Assembly: GCA_965198175.1 (NCBI GenBank)
Contig: OZ240245.1
Coordinates: 4,576,001-4,640,000 of the forward strand
DNA: 64,000 bases
From: Candidatus Poribacteria bacterium
GTDB lineage: Bacteria > Poribacteria > WGA-4E > PCPOR2b
Direction: 5' to 3'
Shown here: piece after piece, positions 20,706 through 31,294 of the stretch
How positions within the stretch are numbered: the stretch's first letter is position 1
Layout: each line of letters opens with the position of its first letter
Translations under genes and position numbers: made by a program
Notes under the pieces: generated by a model
The model's database searches: none
Told to the model about the DNA's origin: nothing
Seen by the model: the letters and a program-made list of their open reading frames with translations, nothing else

Positions 20706-22334
20706 CTATTTCCGCCGCAACGGTTGCGACTGTAGCCAGCCAATTGTGCCGATGAGCTCTTCTTGCTTATCTCCCATAGGAACTTCGATTAAGGCAGGTT
20801 TGTTCACCTCAAGTGCATCTTGTAGGACTCTCTTGAAATCAGCCGGATTGTTCACCCTAACGGCATACGCGCCAAACGATTTAGCAAACTCGACAAAATC
20901 AGGATTTAACAGATCTGTATCAATTGTACGTCCGTTGCAGCTCTGCTGCTGAGATCCCTTAATTGCAGTCAAAGCATTATCGTTCACAACAATCGTTACA
21001 ACATTGATGCCATACATCATTGCCGTTGCCAACTCAAAAGCACCCATCATGAAACCGCCATCTCCACTAAAGCACACGACTGGTTTATCCGGATGTGCGA
21101 TTTTCGCCCCAATCGCTGCAGGAAAAGCGTGACCCAAAGCAACTCCGATGCACGGATAGAGGAAAGTATGGGGTTGATAGATGGGAAATTCAGCAAATGT
21201 AGCGTAGCCAATTGAATGGACATCGACCGAAAGGATTCCATCGGTTGGGAGTACGTCACGGATTTCCGGCAGCAGGGGCATAGGCGGTTGAGTCGCAAAT
21301 TTTTCTCGAAGCCGATTCAACGGCTGATTCCAATCGTCTTCGCTAACCTCAACTTCCTCGATTAACGCTTGCAACGTTAGCTTGAGATCGCCGACGACGT
21401 TAACGTCGCAAGGATACTCTCGCCCTATTTCGGTTTCATCCGCATCAATCTGAATCAGCGGACGTGAAGGTTCGAAACTCCAGTCCCTTGTATCAATCGA
21501 GGTAAAACGCGGCCCAATTGCGAGGGTACAATCTGCGATTTGCATGCCTTGACGTGCGAGAAAACCGTTACTATTCCTCAGTGCCAGCCGGTGATCCTCG
21601 CGAAGCGCACCTTTTGCACATCGCGTCACGATAACAGGAGCGTTGAGTTTCTCGGCGAGCTGCCGTAATTCCTCACGTGCGTCGGCATGAATAACGGAAG
21701 ATCCAACAAATAAGAGAGGCATTTTTGCCCGCTTGAGTGTTTTCGCCGCGGATCTGATGTCGCCGGCATCTGGCGGGGAGACCGTGGGTCGATTTACTCG
21801 TGGGGGAATAGTAACTTTCCCCTCTCCGGTGATGACGTCCATAGGGAATTCCAGCACGGCAGGGCCGGGACGACCGGCTCGCATCGCCCGAAAAGCATCT
21901 TCGACGACGATGGGGACTTCTTCGACCGTCTTCGGGATTGCACAATACTTCGTGATAGGTTTGAAGAAGTGCATCTGATCCAAGCCGTGAAACATCTTGC
22001 TTGGATGTTTCACGTAAAATTTCGAATCGCTTTGGCCGGTGATCAGTAGCACAGGAACACAATCGGTAAATGCTTCTAATATGCCGGTTGAGGCGTTGCT
22101 CGCGCCTGGCCCGGGTACTGTCAGGGCAACGCCAACCTCGCCAGTGGAACGGGCAAAACCGTCTGCCATCTGGGTTGCAGAATATTCGTGGCGTACGAGA
22201 TAGTGTTCTATGACGCCTGCACCACACCGCAGAAGGGAATCATAAATCTGAATGTTTTGGGTGCCTGGCATGCCAAAAATGCAGCGTACTCCCTGCGCTT
22301 TCAGGCATTCAACGAGAATATCTCCACCTTTCAT
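20706..22334 (-). CDS. Thiamine-pyrophosphate-dependent enzyme (acetolactate synthase large-subunit-like)
   Basis: FGMPG, RHE, PGPGASN, GDGGF...VVND. Confidence 0.9.
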   Translation of the reverse strand: MKGGDILVECLKAQGVRCIFGMPGTQNIQIYDSLLRCGAGVIEHYLVRHEYSATQMADGFARSTGEVGVALTVPGPGASNASTGILEAFTDCVPVLLITGQSDSKFYVKHPSKMFHGLDQMHFFKPITKYCAIPKTVEEVPIVVEDAFRAMRAGRPGPAVLEFPMDVITGEGKVTIPPRVNRPTVSPPDAGDIRSAAKTLKRAKMPLLFVGSSVIHADAREELRQLAEKLNAPVIVTRCAKGALREDHRLALRNSNGFLARQGMQIADCTLAIGPRFTSIDTRDWSFEPSRPLIQIDADETEIGREYPCDVNVVGDLKLTLQALIEEVEVSEDDWNQPLNRLREKFATQPPMPLLPEIRDVLPTDGILSVDVHSIGYATFAEFPIYQPHTFLYPCIGVALGHAFPAAIGAKIAHPDKPVVCFSGDGGFMMGAFELATAMMYGINVVTIVVNDNALTAIKGSQQQSCNGRTIDTDLLNPDFVEFAKSFGAYAVRVNNPADFKRVLQDALEVNKPALIEVPMGDKQEELIGTIGWLQSQPLRRK

Positions 22335-22367
22335 TCCTGTCCTATGGCCAGTTTGAAATTTGGTCGA

Positions 22368-22763
22368 TTATCGGGAGATTTCATTCGTATTCCATAATGC
22401 AGCACACTTTGCACAAGGACAGATTTCTCGCAGTGTTTCAAAAGAATAAATGCCAGTCGAATGACCATCGCTCCACAAAAATTGGATAGCGTACCGACCA
22501 ACAAGCTGAATGTCAACTGCGCGAACTTCGTGCGGAACGGCAAGTCGAGATGCATCACCGAATCCGTTTGGGCCAAATAGGGAGTGAACATCTTGCCCAC
22601 CATGTCGTTCCATTGAGCAACCTGCACAGGGGCATAAACGCCTGAGATAGAGAATGGGAAATTTACTTTCGTGTCCATCTTTCCAAACTATCAGGAAAGT
22701 TGTATCACTGAGTTTTCTAAGTGTTTTGGGTTGCTTTTGTTCGACAGATAAAGTTGATAGCAT
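22368..22763 (-). CDS. DUF971 / GBBH-N-like protein
   Basis: WKDGH, LRRLCPCAGC, VGRYA, WSDGHSTGIY. Confidence 0.85.
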   Translation of the reverse strand: MLSTLSVEQKQPKTLRKLSDTTFLIVWKDGHESKFPILYLRRLCPCAGCSMERHGGQDVHSLFGPNGFGDASRLAVPHEVRAVDIQLVGRYAIQFLWSDGHSTGIYSFETLREICPCAKCAALWNTNEISR

Positions 22764-22821
22764 TTTTTTGTTCTATTTCAGGCGTTTACCTAAATCACGT
22801 CTACATTCCAAGAAAAGCCCC

Positions 22822-23142
22822 CTAAAAAATCCCCAGCTCATCCTTTGCTTCTTCGCTCATCATCTCAGGGCTCCAGCGAGGTGTCCAAACGACGTTGACG
22901 TTGGCATCGTCAATCCCATCAAGCTGCTCGACAAGATGCTGCGTCCCATTGATAAGTTGCCCACCCGCCGGACAACCAGGGCTTGTTAAGGTCATCGTGA
23001 TGTTAGCAGTATTGCCCTGGATGTCAACGCCGTAGATTAACCCCATATCCACAATGTTAATGCCAACCTCTGGATCGATGATTTCTTTTAAGGTCTCAAA
23101 AACAGTTTCTTCTGTGACCATCAAAATCTCCTTTTCATGCAA
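22822..23142 (-). CDS. sufT: Fe-S assembly DUF59 (SufT-like) protein
   Basis: DPEVGINIVDMGLIY, MTLTSPGCP, PRWSPEMM. Confidence 0.85.
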   Translation of the reverse strand: MHEKEILMVTEETVFETLKEIIDPEVGINIVDMGLIYGVDIQGNTANITMTLTSPGCPAGGQLINGTQHLVEQLDGIDDANVNVVWTPRWSPEMMSEEAKDELGIF

Positions 23143-23222
23143 AAGAGACGGAGCGTCTCTGAGAAAATCGATCTCTGTTTGCTGCTTTAGTCCATCTTCT
23201 CAGAAACCGCGTGTTCTATTTC

Positions 23223-23534
23223 TTAATCAACGCACACAAGAATATTGTCACCTTCGACTTTGATTTTATAACACTCTACCGGTTCAACAGCCGGCATACA
23301 GAGGGCTTCACCTGTCCGAATGTTAAAACGTGCTCCATGTCTGGGACATTCAATCTCATCGCCTTCCAACTCGCCCTCGGCGAGAGGACCCCCATCGTGA
23401 GTACAAACGTCGTCAATGGCATAAAACTCGCCATCCGCATTGAAAACCGCGACCGGAAAGCCATCCACTTCAACTATCTTCTTGCCTCCTGGAGGCAACT
23501 CGCAGACCTCCGCAACCTTGAAAAACTGGCTCAT
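23223..23534 (-). CDS. Rieske-type ferredoxin (SUF-associated)
   Basis: CTH...CPRH. Confidence 0.9.
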   Translation of the reverse strand: MSQFFKVAEVCELPPGGKKIVEVDGFPVAVFNADGEFYAIDDVCTHDGGPLAEGELEGDEIECPRHGARFNIRTGEALCMPAVEPVECYKIKVEGDNILVCVD

Positions 23535-23555
23535 TAATCCATGTCCTCCCTACGC

Positions 23556-23942
23556 CTAATCCTCGTCTCCCGGCCACCCTTTAAGCCCATAAGCGCCAGC
23601 TTTTAGCACCTTCAACGCTAACAGTCCACATTTCAGACGTACGGGTCCTAAAGGAATACCAAGCATTTCCAACTGGTCCTCCCTGCCCAACCCTTTCACG
23701 TCTTCCAAACATTGCCCTTTAATCCGCTCGGTTAGCATCGAAGCCGCCGCTTGGCTAATCGTACATCCATGACCACGCCATCGAACATCCACGATAACAC
23801 CGTCCTTGACAGTCAAATCCATCTGAATCTTATCCCCACATAACGGATTGTCCTCTTCGTAAGAGATGTCGGGATTCTCAAGAGTTCCATAATTACTGGG
23901 GTTTTCGTAATGATCAAGAATATCTTCTTCGTAGATATTCAT
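23556..23942 (-). CDS. sufU: SufU/IscU-type scaffold or sulfur acceptor
   Basis: NPLCGD, GCTISQA, RLKC. Confidence 0.88.
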   Translation of the reverse strand: MNIYEEDILDHYENPSNYGTLENPDISYEEDNPLCGDKIQMDLTVKDGVIVDVRWRGHGCTISQAAASMLTERIKGQCLEDVKGLGREDQLEMLGIPLGPVRLKCGLLALKVLKAGAYGLKGWPGDED

Positions 23943-25186
23943 CCCCGCCTCCGTATCAGAATCTTTTGGGCATTTAGAAGTCCGTCATAGAGGCTATCAA
24001 CCTCTTCAAGTTTATTGTAGAGATAGAAACTCGCGCGAGCAGTAGCGATGACACCGAATCTTTGCATTAGCGGTTGAGTACAGTGGTGCCCCGCTCGAAT
24101 TGCGACTCCGTCCTGATCTACTATGCCGGCTACGTCGTGTGCATGGATGCGATCTAAATTAAACGTGATCGCACCTACTTTATGACGCGGTTTAGGGCCA
24201 TAGATAGTAATACCCTCAATTTCACTTAATTTCTGGTGTGCGTACTCAAGAAGATCTTGCTCGTGCGGGTGGATTGCATCAAGTCCAATGTCGTTGAGAT
24301 AGTCTACAGCCGCGCCAAGTCCAATCGCTTGAGCAATGCTCGGCGTTCCCGCTTCAAACTTCTGAGGCAAATCAGCATAGGTTGAGCGTTCACGTTGGAC
24401 GGTGCGAATCATCGAACCACCACCCAAAAACGGTGGCATCTCTTCTAGCAGATCCAACTTACCATAGAGTACACCAATACCGGTGGGACCACACATTTTA
24501 TGCCCTGAGAAAGCGAGGAAATCACAATTGATAGCTTGCACATCAACCGGCAAATGCGGAACGCTTTGAGCCGCATCAATGAGGACTTTTGCACCAACTG
24601 CATGTGCCGCGGTAGTGATTGATTGAACAGGATTGACCGTGCCGAGTACATTAGAAACGTGAGTTATTGCAACAAGTTTGGTGCGTTCCGTCAACAACCG
24701 ATCCAAGTCCTCCAAATGCAAAAACCCTTCATCGGTAACCTCAATGAACTGTAGCTTTGCTCCTGTCCGCTGAGCAAGCAGTTGCCATGGAACAAGGTTA
24801 CTATGATGTTCCATTACAGAGACAAGAATTTCATCCCCCGCTCGCAGGTTGGCATTACCCCAGCTGTAGGCGACAATATTAATCGATTCCGTTGTATTTC
24901 GCGTAAAGATAATCTGGCAGGGGCGTCGGGCATTGATAAAACGCGCAATCTTCTTTCGGCTCTCTTCGTACAGCGCGGTCGCTTTCTCAGAGATTCGATA
25001 GATGCCACGATGGATATTTGCGTTATAGGCGCGATAGTATTCACTCAATGCCTCGATAACGCGATTCGGCTTCTGAGAAGATGCCGCACTATCCAGATAG
25101 ACTAGCGGCGGATCGATTTTTTGTTTTAAAATGGGGAAGTCGTCACGGATAGCTTCCACATCCAGAGGACGAAACGCATCATTCAT
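23939..25186 (-). CDS. sufS: Cysteine desulfurase SufS
   Basis: YLDSAASSQKP, SGHKM, RAGHHC. Confidence 0.96.
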   Translation of the reverse strand: MNDAFRPLDVEAIRDDFPILKQKIDPPLVYLDSAASSQKPNRVIEALSEYYRAYNANIHRGIYRISEKATALYEESRKKIARFINARRPCQIIFTRNTTESINIVAYSWGNANLRAGDEILVSVMEHHSNLVPWQLLAQRTGAKLQFIEVTDEGFLHLEDLDRLLTERTKLVAITHVSNVLGTVNPVQSITTAAHAVGAKVLIDAAQSVPHLPVDVQAINCDFLAFSGHKMCGPTGIGVLYGKLDLLEEMPPFLGGGSMIRTVQRERSTYADLPQKFEAGTPSIAQAIGLGAAVDYLNDIGLDAIHPHEQDLLEYAHQKLSEIEGITIYGPKPRHKVGAITFNLDRIHAHDVAGIVDQDGVAIRAGHHCTQPLMQRFGVIATARASFYLYNKLEEVDSLYDGLLNAQKILIRRRG

Positions 25187-25506
25187 GCACACCTCCAATT
25201 GCTACAACCACCTGTGGATGTCCAATAGCCAAAGATAAACTTACTTGTGAATGCCCCGATGAGGAATCCACAAATTTACAATCGGTTGTCCACAGCCCTT
25301 TAGCTCTAATGGTATGAACTTCGCGAATCCTGCCACCGTCAGTATCTAGCACCCATTCCCCCCCTGCTTGCGCATAGCACAGACAGATTTGGATTTGCAA
25401 GACGCTGCTTCCAATCACTTGACGAATCTACATCACGGTTTGGGTAGCGATGCCGATTTTAGGCACAATTCGCGTGTAAGACAGTAAGATAGACCAGCGG
25501 GCTCAA

Positions 25507-25547
25507 CTACTTCCCCTGTAGCACGATGCCGCTATAGGGGAAGTAGT
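25507..25547. repeat. Long inverted repeat in the intergenic gap
   Basis: CTACTTCCCCTGTAGC / GCTATAGGGGAAGTAG arms. Confidence 0.6.
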
Positions 25548-25763
25548 GGTTTTGACAATTGGGGCGGTTTAATCCATCAGGGTGGACGTGTTACTGCGGC
25601 CGGGATTGTGAAAATACACTATGAACCAAACCCGATTGGAAAGTCCACGTGAGTAGTCTAGCACGTCTTTCATCTATTTGCACTTTCGTTTTAGCATGAG
25701 TCGCAAAGGTTGATGAAATTTACAACTATTCTTGAATCGTAATGAAACATACTAAATATTTCA

Positions 25764-26144
25764 TCAAGACTTTGACAAAAAGCTACTTGCCCACTTTGAC
25801 AATCTGCTTTGTGGCTGATCGATGTTTACCGTGACCTCACCGTGATCGGCGCAAGCTTGATCCGTCGCCACACCAACGTCAACATCGCTCGGCACCACAT
25901 GTCCTTCTTCGAGGAGATATGCTTCAACTTCATCACCGTTCACATCGGCTAGGATGACGCCATCAATCTCAATCGTCGGCTGAAGGGGCTGCCCGCTCTT
26001 TTCCACCATTTCGCGATAGTTGTCCGTGTTGTTGATAATGTCCCTGTCCTCGTACTCCAAACCATATTTCTGAAAAATCGCACGAACACCATTGCTCCAA
26101 CCACAGACGGGTTTCATATAGGCGGTAATCATGGGTTGATTCAT
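25764..26144 (-). CDS. Glutaredoxin-like protein (CGWS)
   Basis: YMKPVCGWS, SGQPLQPTIEIDG; RBS before the ATG at 26144. Confidence 0.8.
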   Translation of the reverse strand: MNQPMITAYMKPVCGWSNGVRAIFQKYGLEYEDRDIINNTDNYREMVEKSGQPLQPTIEIDGVILADVNGDEVEAYLLEEGHVVPSDVDVGVATDQACADHGEVTVNIDQPQSRLSKWASSFLSKS

Positions 26145-26219
26145 TTCTTGCTTCCTTTCTTTAGTGGGTATATTAGGTATTTGTATTAGGCATTGGGTTA
26201 AATACCCAATCCCCAATTT

Positions 26220-27671
26220 CTAAACTGCGAGTTTGTGTGTAACTAATTGCTGCAATTGCTCCCGGACAGATTCCAACGGAATTCTTGCCATTGCTGGCTC
26301 AAAAAAGCCCGCGACAATCGCCTTTTCAGCCTGATCATAAGACAACCCTCGGCTCATGAGGTAGAACACTTGTTCTGCATCAATGGAGCCAGCAGTTGCA
26401 CCGTGGGTGCAACGGACCTCCTTTGCCTCAATTTCTAAGCCAGGAAGCGTATCCGCGTGAGCGCGTTTATTCAAAACCAAATTATCATTCTTTTGATACG
26501 CATCCGTATGCTGTCCTTCGGGGTGAACGTAAATCATGCCACTCCACACTGTTTGTGACTGATTCTTGAGCACAGTTTTATAGAGCAAGTCGCTGGATGT
26601 GTGAGGTGCTTTATGTTCTTGATATGTGTGAATATCAACGTGTTGGCGAGCATGGGTGAACGTGAGCCCGAGCATTTCAACACGACATCCGGCACCCTCT
26701 AGAACGGATACTTGATTCAACTTGCTCACGCGGCTCCCTAATGCCCCTGTAATCCAACGAAATTCGGCATCTCTACCGACAATAGCTCGCTGGCTTGAAA
26801 AGTTCCAGACTTGGTGATTCCACCTTTGTACCTGTGCGTAATTCACTTGGGCGTTGCGTCCGACAAAAATTTCAACAGCGCCACAATGTAGTCCTGGTGT
26901 GGTAGCATCTCCCGATAGCTGTTCTTCCACGATTGTAATCTGACTTGAATCATCAGCAACAATTATCGTATGCGCCAGATCCGCCCGATGTGGCTCAGAC
27001 AAAGCGATAAAAACACGCAGCGGAATCTCGACGACAACGCCTTTGGGAACATGCAGCAGGTATCCTCCTTGCCAGAAGGCTCCGTGCAGCGCGTCAAAGC
27101 CATTCCATTCAATTGTTACGGCTTTGGACATGAAATATGAACGCACGAAATCTGGACGTTCCTGCAGCGCCGTATTAATATCCGCAAAGTATACCCCTTT
27201 GCGTACAAGGTCTTTCGATAGAGCACTCCCTACAACGAGACCATCTTGTAAACCAATTACCCCAGACGTTGACGTCCTATTAGATTGAATCTGCGTGTCC
27301 AGAGTGTTGGACAAAGAAGGGCGGTCTGGAGTATCCGTGGGTGTCAAGTTCCCGTTCGGTGTGAGCGCAATAGGTTGATACTCCTCTAACTTCAACCCTC
27401 GCATACTTCTCGCTGTACGACGCCAATAATCCTGGGCGCTCATACTGACTTTCTGACGCCACATATCATCGGAAGTGGTATGAGGCATTGGAAGGCTATC
27501 GTAGAGTTTATAAGCATCCAATCGGCGTGAGCGCATCCATTGCGGCTCATCCTGCTCGCTGGATATTTTTTCGACAAATTCCCGTGAGAAATTGCCCTTA
27601 TGCACTTCATAAACACGAAGCGAATTTTGGACGAATTCCGACCCCAACTCTGTCTCCATTAGAAATTTCAT
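26220..27671 (-). CDS. sufD: Fe-S cluster assembly protein SufD
   Basis: PGLEIEAKEVRCTHGAT, FYLMSRGL. Confidence 0.93.
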   Translation of the reverse strand: MKFLMETELGSEFVQNSLRVYEVHKGNFSREFVEKISSEQDEPQWMRSRRLDAYKLYDSLPMPHTTSDDMWRQKVSMSAQDYWRRTARSMRGLKLEEYQPIALTPNGNLTPTDTPDRPSLSNTLDTQIQSNRTSTSGVIGLQDGLVVGSALSKDLVRKGVYFADINTALQERPDFVRSYFMSKAVTIEWNGFDALHGAFWQGGYLLHVPKGVVVEIPLRVFIALSEPHRADLAHTIIVADDSSQITIVEEQLSGDATTPGLHCGAVEIFVGRNAQVNYAQVQRWNHQVWNFSSQRAIVGRDAEFRWITGALGSRVSKLNQVSVLEGAGCRVEMLGLTFTHARQHVDIHTYQEHKAPHTSSDLLYKTVLKNQSQTVWSGMIYVHPEGQHTDAYQKNDNLVLNKRAHADTLPGLEIEAKEVRCTHGATAGSIDAEQVFYLMSRGLSYDQAEKAIVAGFFEPAMARIPLESVREQLQQLVTHKLAV

Positions 27672-27709
27672 TCAGAAGGAATATTGAACCTTCGAAAGGT
27701 TGTCAATTT

Positions 27710-29128
27710 CTATCCAACTGACCCTTCCATCTGAAGTTGGATTAACCGGTTCATCTCCACTGCGTATTCCATCGGAAGTTCCTTAACGAGTGGTTCAATA
27801 AACCCATTTACAATCATCGTCGAAGCCTCCTCTTCGGAGAGTCCGCGACTCATCATATAGAATAGCTGCTCCTCGCCAATCTTGCTGACACGCGCTTCGT
27901 GTCCAATATTCACGTCGCTTTCACCAATTTCGATGACCGGATAGGTGTCAGATCGAGATTCCTCATCAAGGATGAGGGCATCACAGACAACGTTGGATTT
28001 ACACTGGCTCGCGCCCTTAAGGACTTTGAGCTCACCACGATAGCTAGAGCGCCCACCGTCTTTGCTAATCGACTTAGAAGTGATGCGCGAACTCGTGTTC
28101 GGGGCGCAATGGATAACCTTGCCCCCCGCATCCTGATGCTGACCTTTGCTCGCAAAAGCAATTGAAAGAATCTCGCCGTGAGCTCCTTTTCCCATCATAT
28201 AAACGCTAGGGTACTTCATTGTCAGCTTCGAACCTAAGTTTCCATCGATCCATTCCATGTGGGCGTCCTCGTAGGCAACAGCTCGCTTCGTGACAAGGTT
28301 ATATACGTTATTTGCCCAGTTCTGGATTGTAGTGTAGCGGACACGTGACCCTTTCTTGCAGATAATCTCGACAACAGCGCTGTGAAGTGACGAACTGGAG
28401 AATGTGGGAGCTGTGCAACCTTCTACATAGTGAACTTGAGCGCCTTCATCCACAATAATCAGCGTTCGCTCAAACTGCCCCATGTTTTCGGTGTTGATAC
28501 GGAAGTACGCCTGCAGTGGATAATCGACCTTCACACCGGGGGGGACATAGATAAAGCTGCCCCCGCTCCAAACAGCACTGTTGAGCGCGGCAAATTGGTT
28601 ATCTGCTGACGGAATAACTGTCCCAAGATACTTCTTAATAAGATCGGGATACTCGCGGACAGCCGTGTCAGTATCGACAAAGATAACACCAATCTTATCC
28701 AATTCCGCCTCAATGTTGTGGTAGACAACTTCTGAGTCATATTGCGCACCGACGCCAGCGAGGAACTTTCGCTCGGCTTCGGGAATGCCGAGTCGATCAA
28801 AGGTTTTCTTGATGTCTTCGGGAACGTCATCCCAACTGCGCTCACTCCGATCAGAAGCTTTGACGTAATAGAAAATGTCATCGAAGTCGAGTTGAGAGAG
28901 ATCGCCACCCCAGTTTATCATCGGCTTTTGTTTGAAGATTTCATAAGCTTTCAGCCGATATTGTCGCATCCAATCGGGTTCGCCTTTGACATCACACATC
29001 TGATTAATGATTTCAGCATCTATGCCCTTGCGAGATTTGAAGACAGGCTTAATATCATCATGAAACCCGTATCTATACTCGCTGTCCATGCCAAGGTCTT
29101 CTTGCATTTGCGTTTTGGGTACTGCCAT
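27710..29128 (-). CDS. sufB: Fe-S cluster assembly protein SufB
   Basis: [25 protein letters not shown]; no intein seen. Confidence 0.97.
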   Translation of the reverse strand: MAVPKTQMQEDLGMDSEYRYGFHDDIKPVFKSRKGIDAEIINQMCDVKGEPDWMRQYRLKAYEIFKQKPMINWGGDLSQLDFDDIFYYVKASDRSERSWDDVPEDIKKTFDRLGIPEAERKFLAGVGAQYDSEVVYHNIEAELDKIGVIFVDTDTAVREYPDLIKKYLGTVIPSADNQFAALNSAVWSGGSFIYVPPGVKVDYPLQAYFRINTENMGQFERTLIIVDEGAQVHYVEGCTAPTFSSSSLHSAVVEIICKKGSRVRYTTIQNWANNVYNLVTKRAVAYEDAHMEWIDGNLGSKLTMKYPSVYMMGKGAHGEILSIAFASKGQHQDAGGKVIHCAPNTSSRITSKSISKDGGRSSYRGELKVLKGASQCKSNVVCDALILDEESRSDTYPVIEIGESDVNIGHEARVSKIGEEQLFYMMSRGLSEEEASTMIVNGFIEPLVKELPMEYAVEMNRLIQLQMEGSVG

Positions 29129-29193
29129 ATTCTACCCCTTTCTTGGAGTGATTGCTTCAGCAGAAGTAAATCTCCGTGTTTACCTCATCCTTA

Positions 29194-30024
29194 CTATCTT
29201 GAAGCAGATAAGGTTTCTCCTGCTTCTTCGTCGCCTAATACTTCCGGTCTGATTCCGTATTTCTCACGTATCGGATCGTATCCTTCATCCTCCAAAAGTT
29301 GGGCGAGTTCCCAACCGCCTGATTCCACAATTCTGCCATCAAGCAGAATGTGTACGAACTCTGGACGGATATAGCTGAGGAGACGCGGATAGTGGGTAAT
29401 AATTAAGACGCCTAACTCTGATCCAATCAACTGGCTCACGCTTTCACCGACGATGCGTACAGCGTCAATATCTAATCCAGAATCCGTCTCATCAAGAATT
29501 GCAATCTTGGGTTCGAGCATCGCTAGTTGCAAAACCTCGGCTCGTTTCTTCTCGCCACCTGAAAAACCGTCGTTGAGATAGCGGCGGGCAAACGATTCAT
29601 CAATGCCGAGCCGTTTCATTTTTTCGCGCAATTCCCGCCGAAACTCGCGCATTGGAATGAGTTCTGTTGTTTCGCCGCCATTCGAATTTTCACCGCGCAC
29701 CGCGCTCGCCGCCATGCGGAGGAAGTTTGCCATACTCACGCCGGGAACCGCTGTCGGATATTGAAAAGCGAGAAAAAGACCAAGTCTTGCACGTTCATTC
29801 GGTTCCAATTCAAGAATGTCCACACCATCAAACATGACTTCACCGGAATCGACTTCGTAGAATGGGTGCCCCATAAGTGTGTTTGCAAGCGTACTTTTGC
29901 CGGATCCATTCGGCCCCATAAGTGCGTGAATCTCTCCCTGTTTGACCGCCAAATTCAGACCCTTGATAATGGGTTGCCCTTCCACGCTGATATGTAAATC
30001 CTTAATGACTAGTTGGTTGCTCAT
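29194..30024 (-). CDS. sufC: Fe-S cluster assembly ATPase SufC
   Basis: GPNGSGKST, FSGGEKKR, LDETDSGLD. Confidence 0.97.
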   Translation of the reverse strand: MSNQLVIKDLHISVEGQPIIKGLNLAVKQGEIHALMGPNGSGKSTLANTLMGHPFYEVDSGEVMFDGVDILELEPNERARLGLFLAFQYPTAVPGVSMANFLRMAASAVRGENSNGGETTELIPMREFRRELREKMKRLGIDESFARRYLNDGFSGGEKKRAEVLQLAMLEPKIAILDETDSGLDIDAVRIVGESVSQLIGSELGVLIITHYPRLLSYIRPEFVHILLDGRIVESGGWELAQLLEDEGYDPIREKYGIRPEVLGDEEAGETLSASR

Positions 30025-30113
30025 TAACGCTCGTTTGACTCCTTATTTTCTATATTGCGTGAGGTGTGTTGGACCAAACGGGAAACATAATTAAATTCTT
30101 TCATAATCCTCCA

Positions 30114-31112
30114 TTATCCACCTATCATGGACATATTGCGCGAAGGTTTTATAAAGTCCGCTGAATTGATTTTATGCCCTGCTTCCTTCTGCTTCACGGC
30201 ATCAACGATGAGATCCACAAGGGTCTCCTTAGGGAATCCTGCACGTAACGGCGTCAGCAAATCGGTTTCCGTAAGCGAAAAAAGACAAGCCCGGAATTTA
30301 CCATCGGCAGTGAGACGGATGCGATTACACTGATCACAAAATGGTTCGCTTACCGAAGCGATAACTCCGACTTCGCCGCCGCCATCTATAAAACGGTAAC
30401 GCTTTGCCGGCTCATGCTTCCCATCTCCATTCATGTTAATTGGTTCCAACGGATAGGTTTCATTGATTTTACCGATTAGCGCTTTGCCCGGAATAAACAT
30501 ATTCCGCCCCCAAATGTCGTCTGCATCTAAAGGCATAAATTCAATAAACCGGAGTTGATAGGCATTTTCACGAGCGAACTCAGCCAAGTCAATAACTTCA
30601 TCATCGGTAAATCCACGCATTGCAACTGCATTTACTTTGATGGGATTGAACCCACAACGCTGCGCTTCTTTCAGTCCCTCAAGCGTCTTTGAAAGCATCT
30701 TGCGACGCGTCATTTGCTCAAATTTCTCTTCGTTCAGTGTATCAAGACTGACGTTGATACGTCGTAGCCCGGCATCATAAAGCGCTTTTGCTTGCTTGGC
30801 TAAACCGATGCCATTGGTTGTCAAGCTAATGTCCCTTATCCCCTCAATTTGCCAGAGTTGGCTAATGAGTTTTGGAACCCCCGGTCGAACTAGCGGCTCA
30901 CCCCCCGTGATCCGAATCTTATTAACTCCTAAATCAGCGAAGAGACGGGTCAGGTAGACGATTTCATCAAAACTCATTATCCCTTCATTTTCCATGAACT
31001 CCATGTCTTCTGGCATGCAGTAAATGCAGCGCATATTACACTTATCTGTCACGGAAATGCGTAGGTTCGTATGAATTCTATCGAAACTGTCAATTAACTG
31101 AGTTTTCATCAT
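30114..31112 (-). CDS. moaA: GTP 3',8-cyclase
   Basis: LRISVTDKCNMRCIYC, FCDQCNRIR, C-terminal IGG. Confidence 0.96.
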   Translation of the reverse strand: MMKTQLIDSFDRIHTNLRISVTDKCNMRCIYCMPEDMEFMENEGIMSFDEIVYLTRLFADLGVNKIRITGGEPLVRPGVPKLISQLWQIEGIRDISLTTNGIGLAKQAKALYDAGLRRINVSLDTLNEEKFEQMTRRKMLSKTLEGLKEAQRCGFNPIKVNAVAMRGFTDDEVIDLAEFARENAYQLRFIEFMPLDADDIWGRNMFIPGKALIGKINETYPLEPINMNGDGKHEPAKRYRFIDGGGEVGVIASVSEPFCDQCNRIRLTADGKFRACLFSLTETDLLTPLRAGFPKETLVDLIVDAVKQKEAGHKINSADFIKPSRNMSMIGG

Positions 31113-31294
31113 CTAAAAGTAGGGAATTTGAGAGAATACCGTTCGTTTTAAATCACGCATATGATAACACAAGCAGATGTATTTTTTCAAGTTTTTTATG
31201 GTAAATACCTTAAAAAAGAGCGGAGTATTCACGTAGAGATAGATGAATCCATCTGCCGATGGGTGAACCTCCACAGGTCTGTCAAATGCGTGAC

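Noticed and set aside
25213..25296. DnaA-box-like sequences suggesting oriC
   Set aside because: Only 1-2-mismatch boxes, inside the SUF cluster, with no dnaA nearby.
25490..25550. Resemblance to an IS200/IS605 or omegaRNA end
   Set aside because: Weak similarity, and no tnpB/iscB ORF is adjacent.
28742..29374. 210-aa plus-strand ORF
   Set aside because: Antisense to sufB and sufC.
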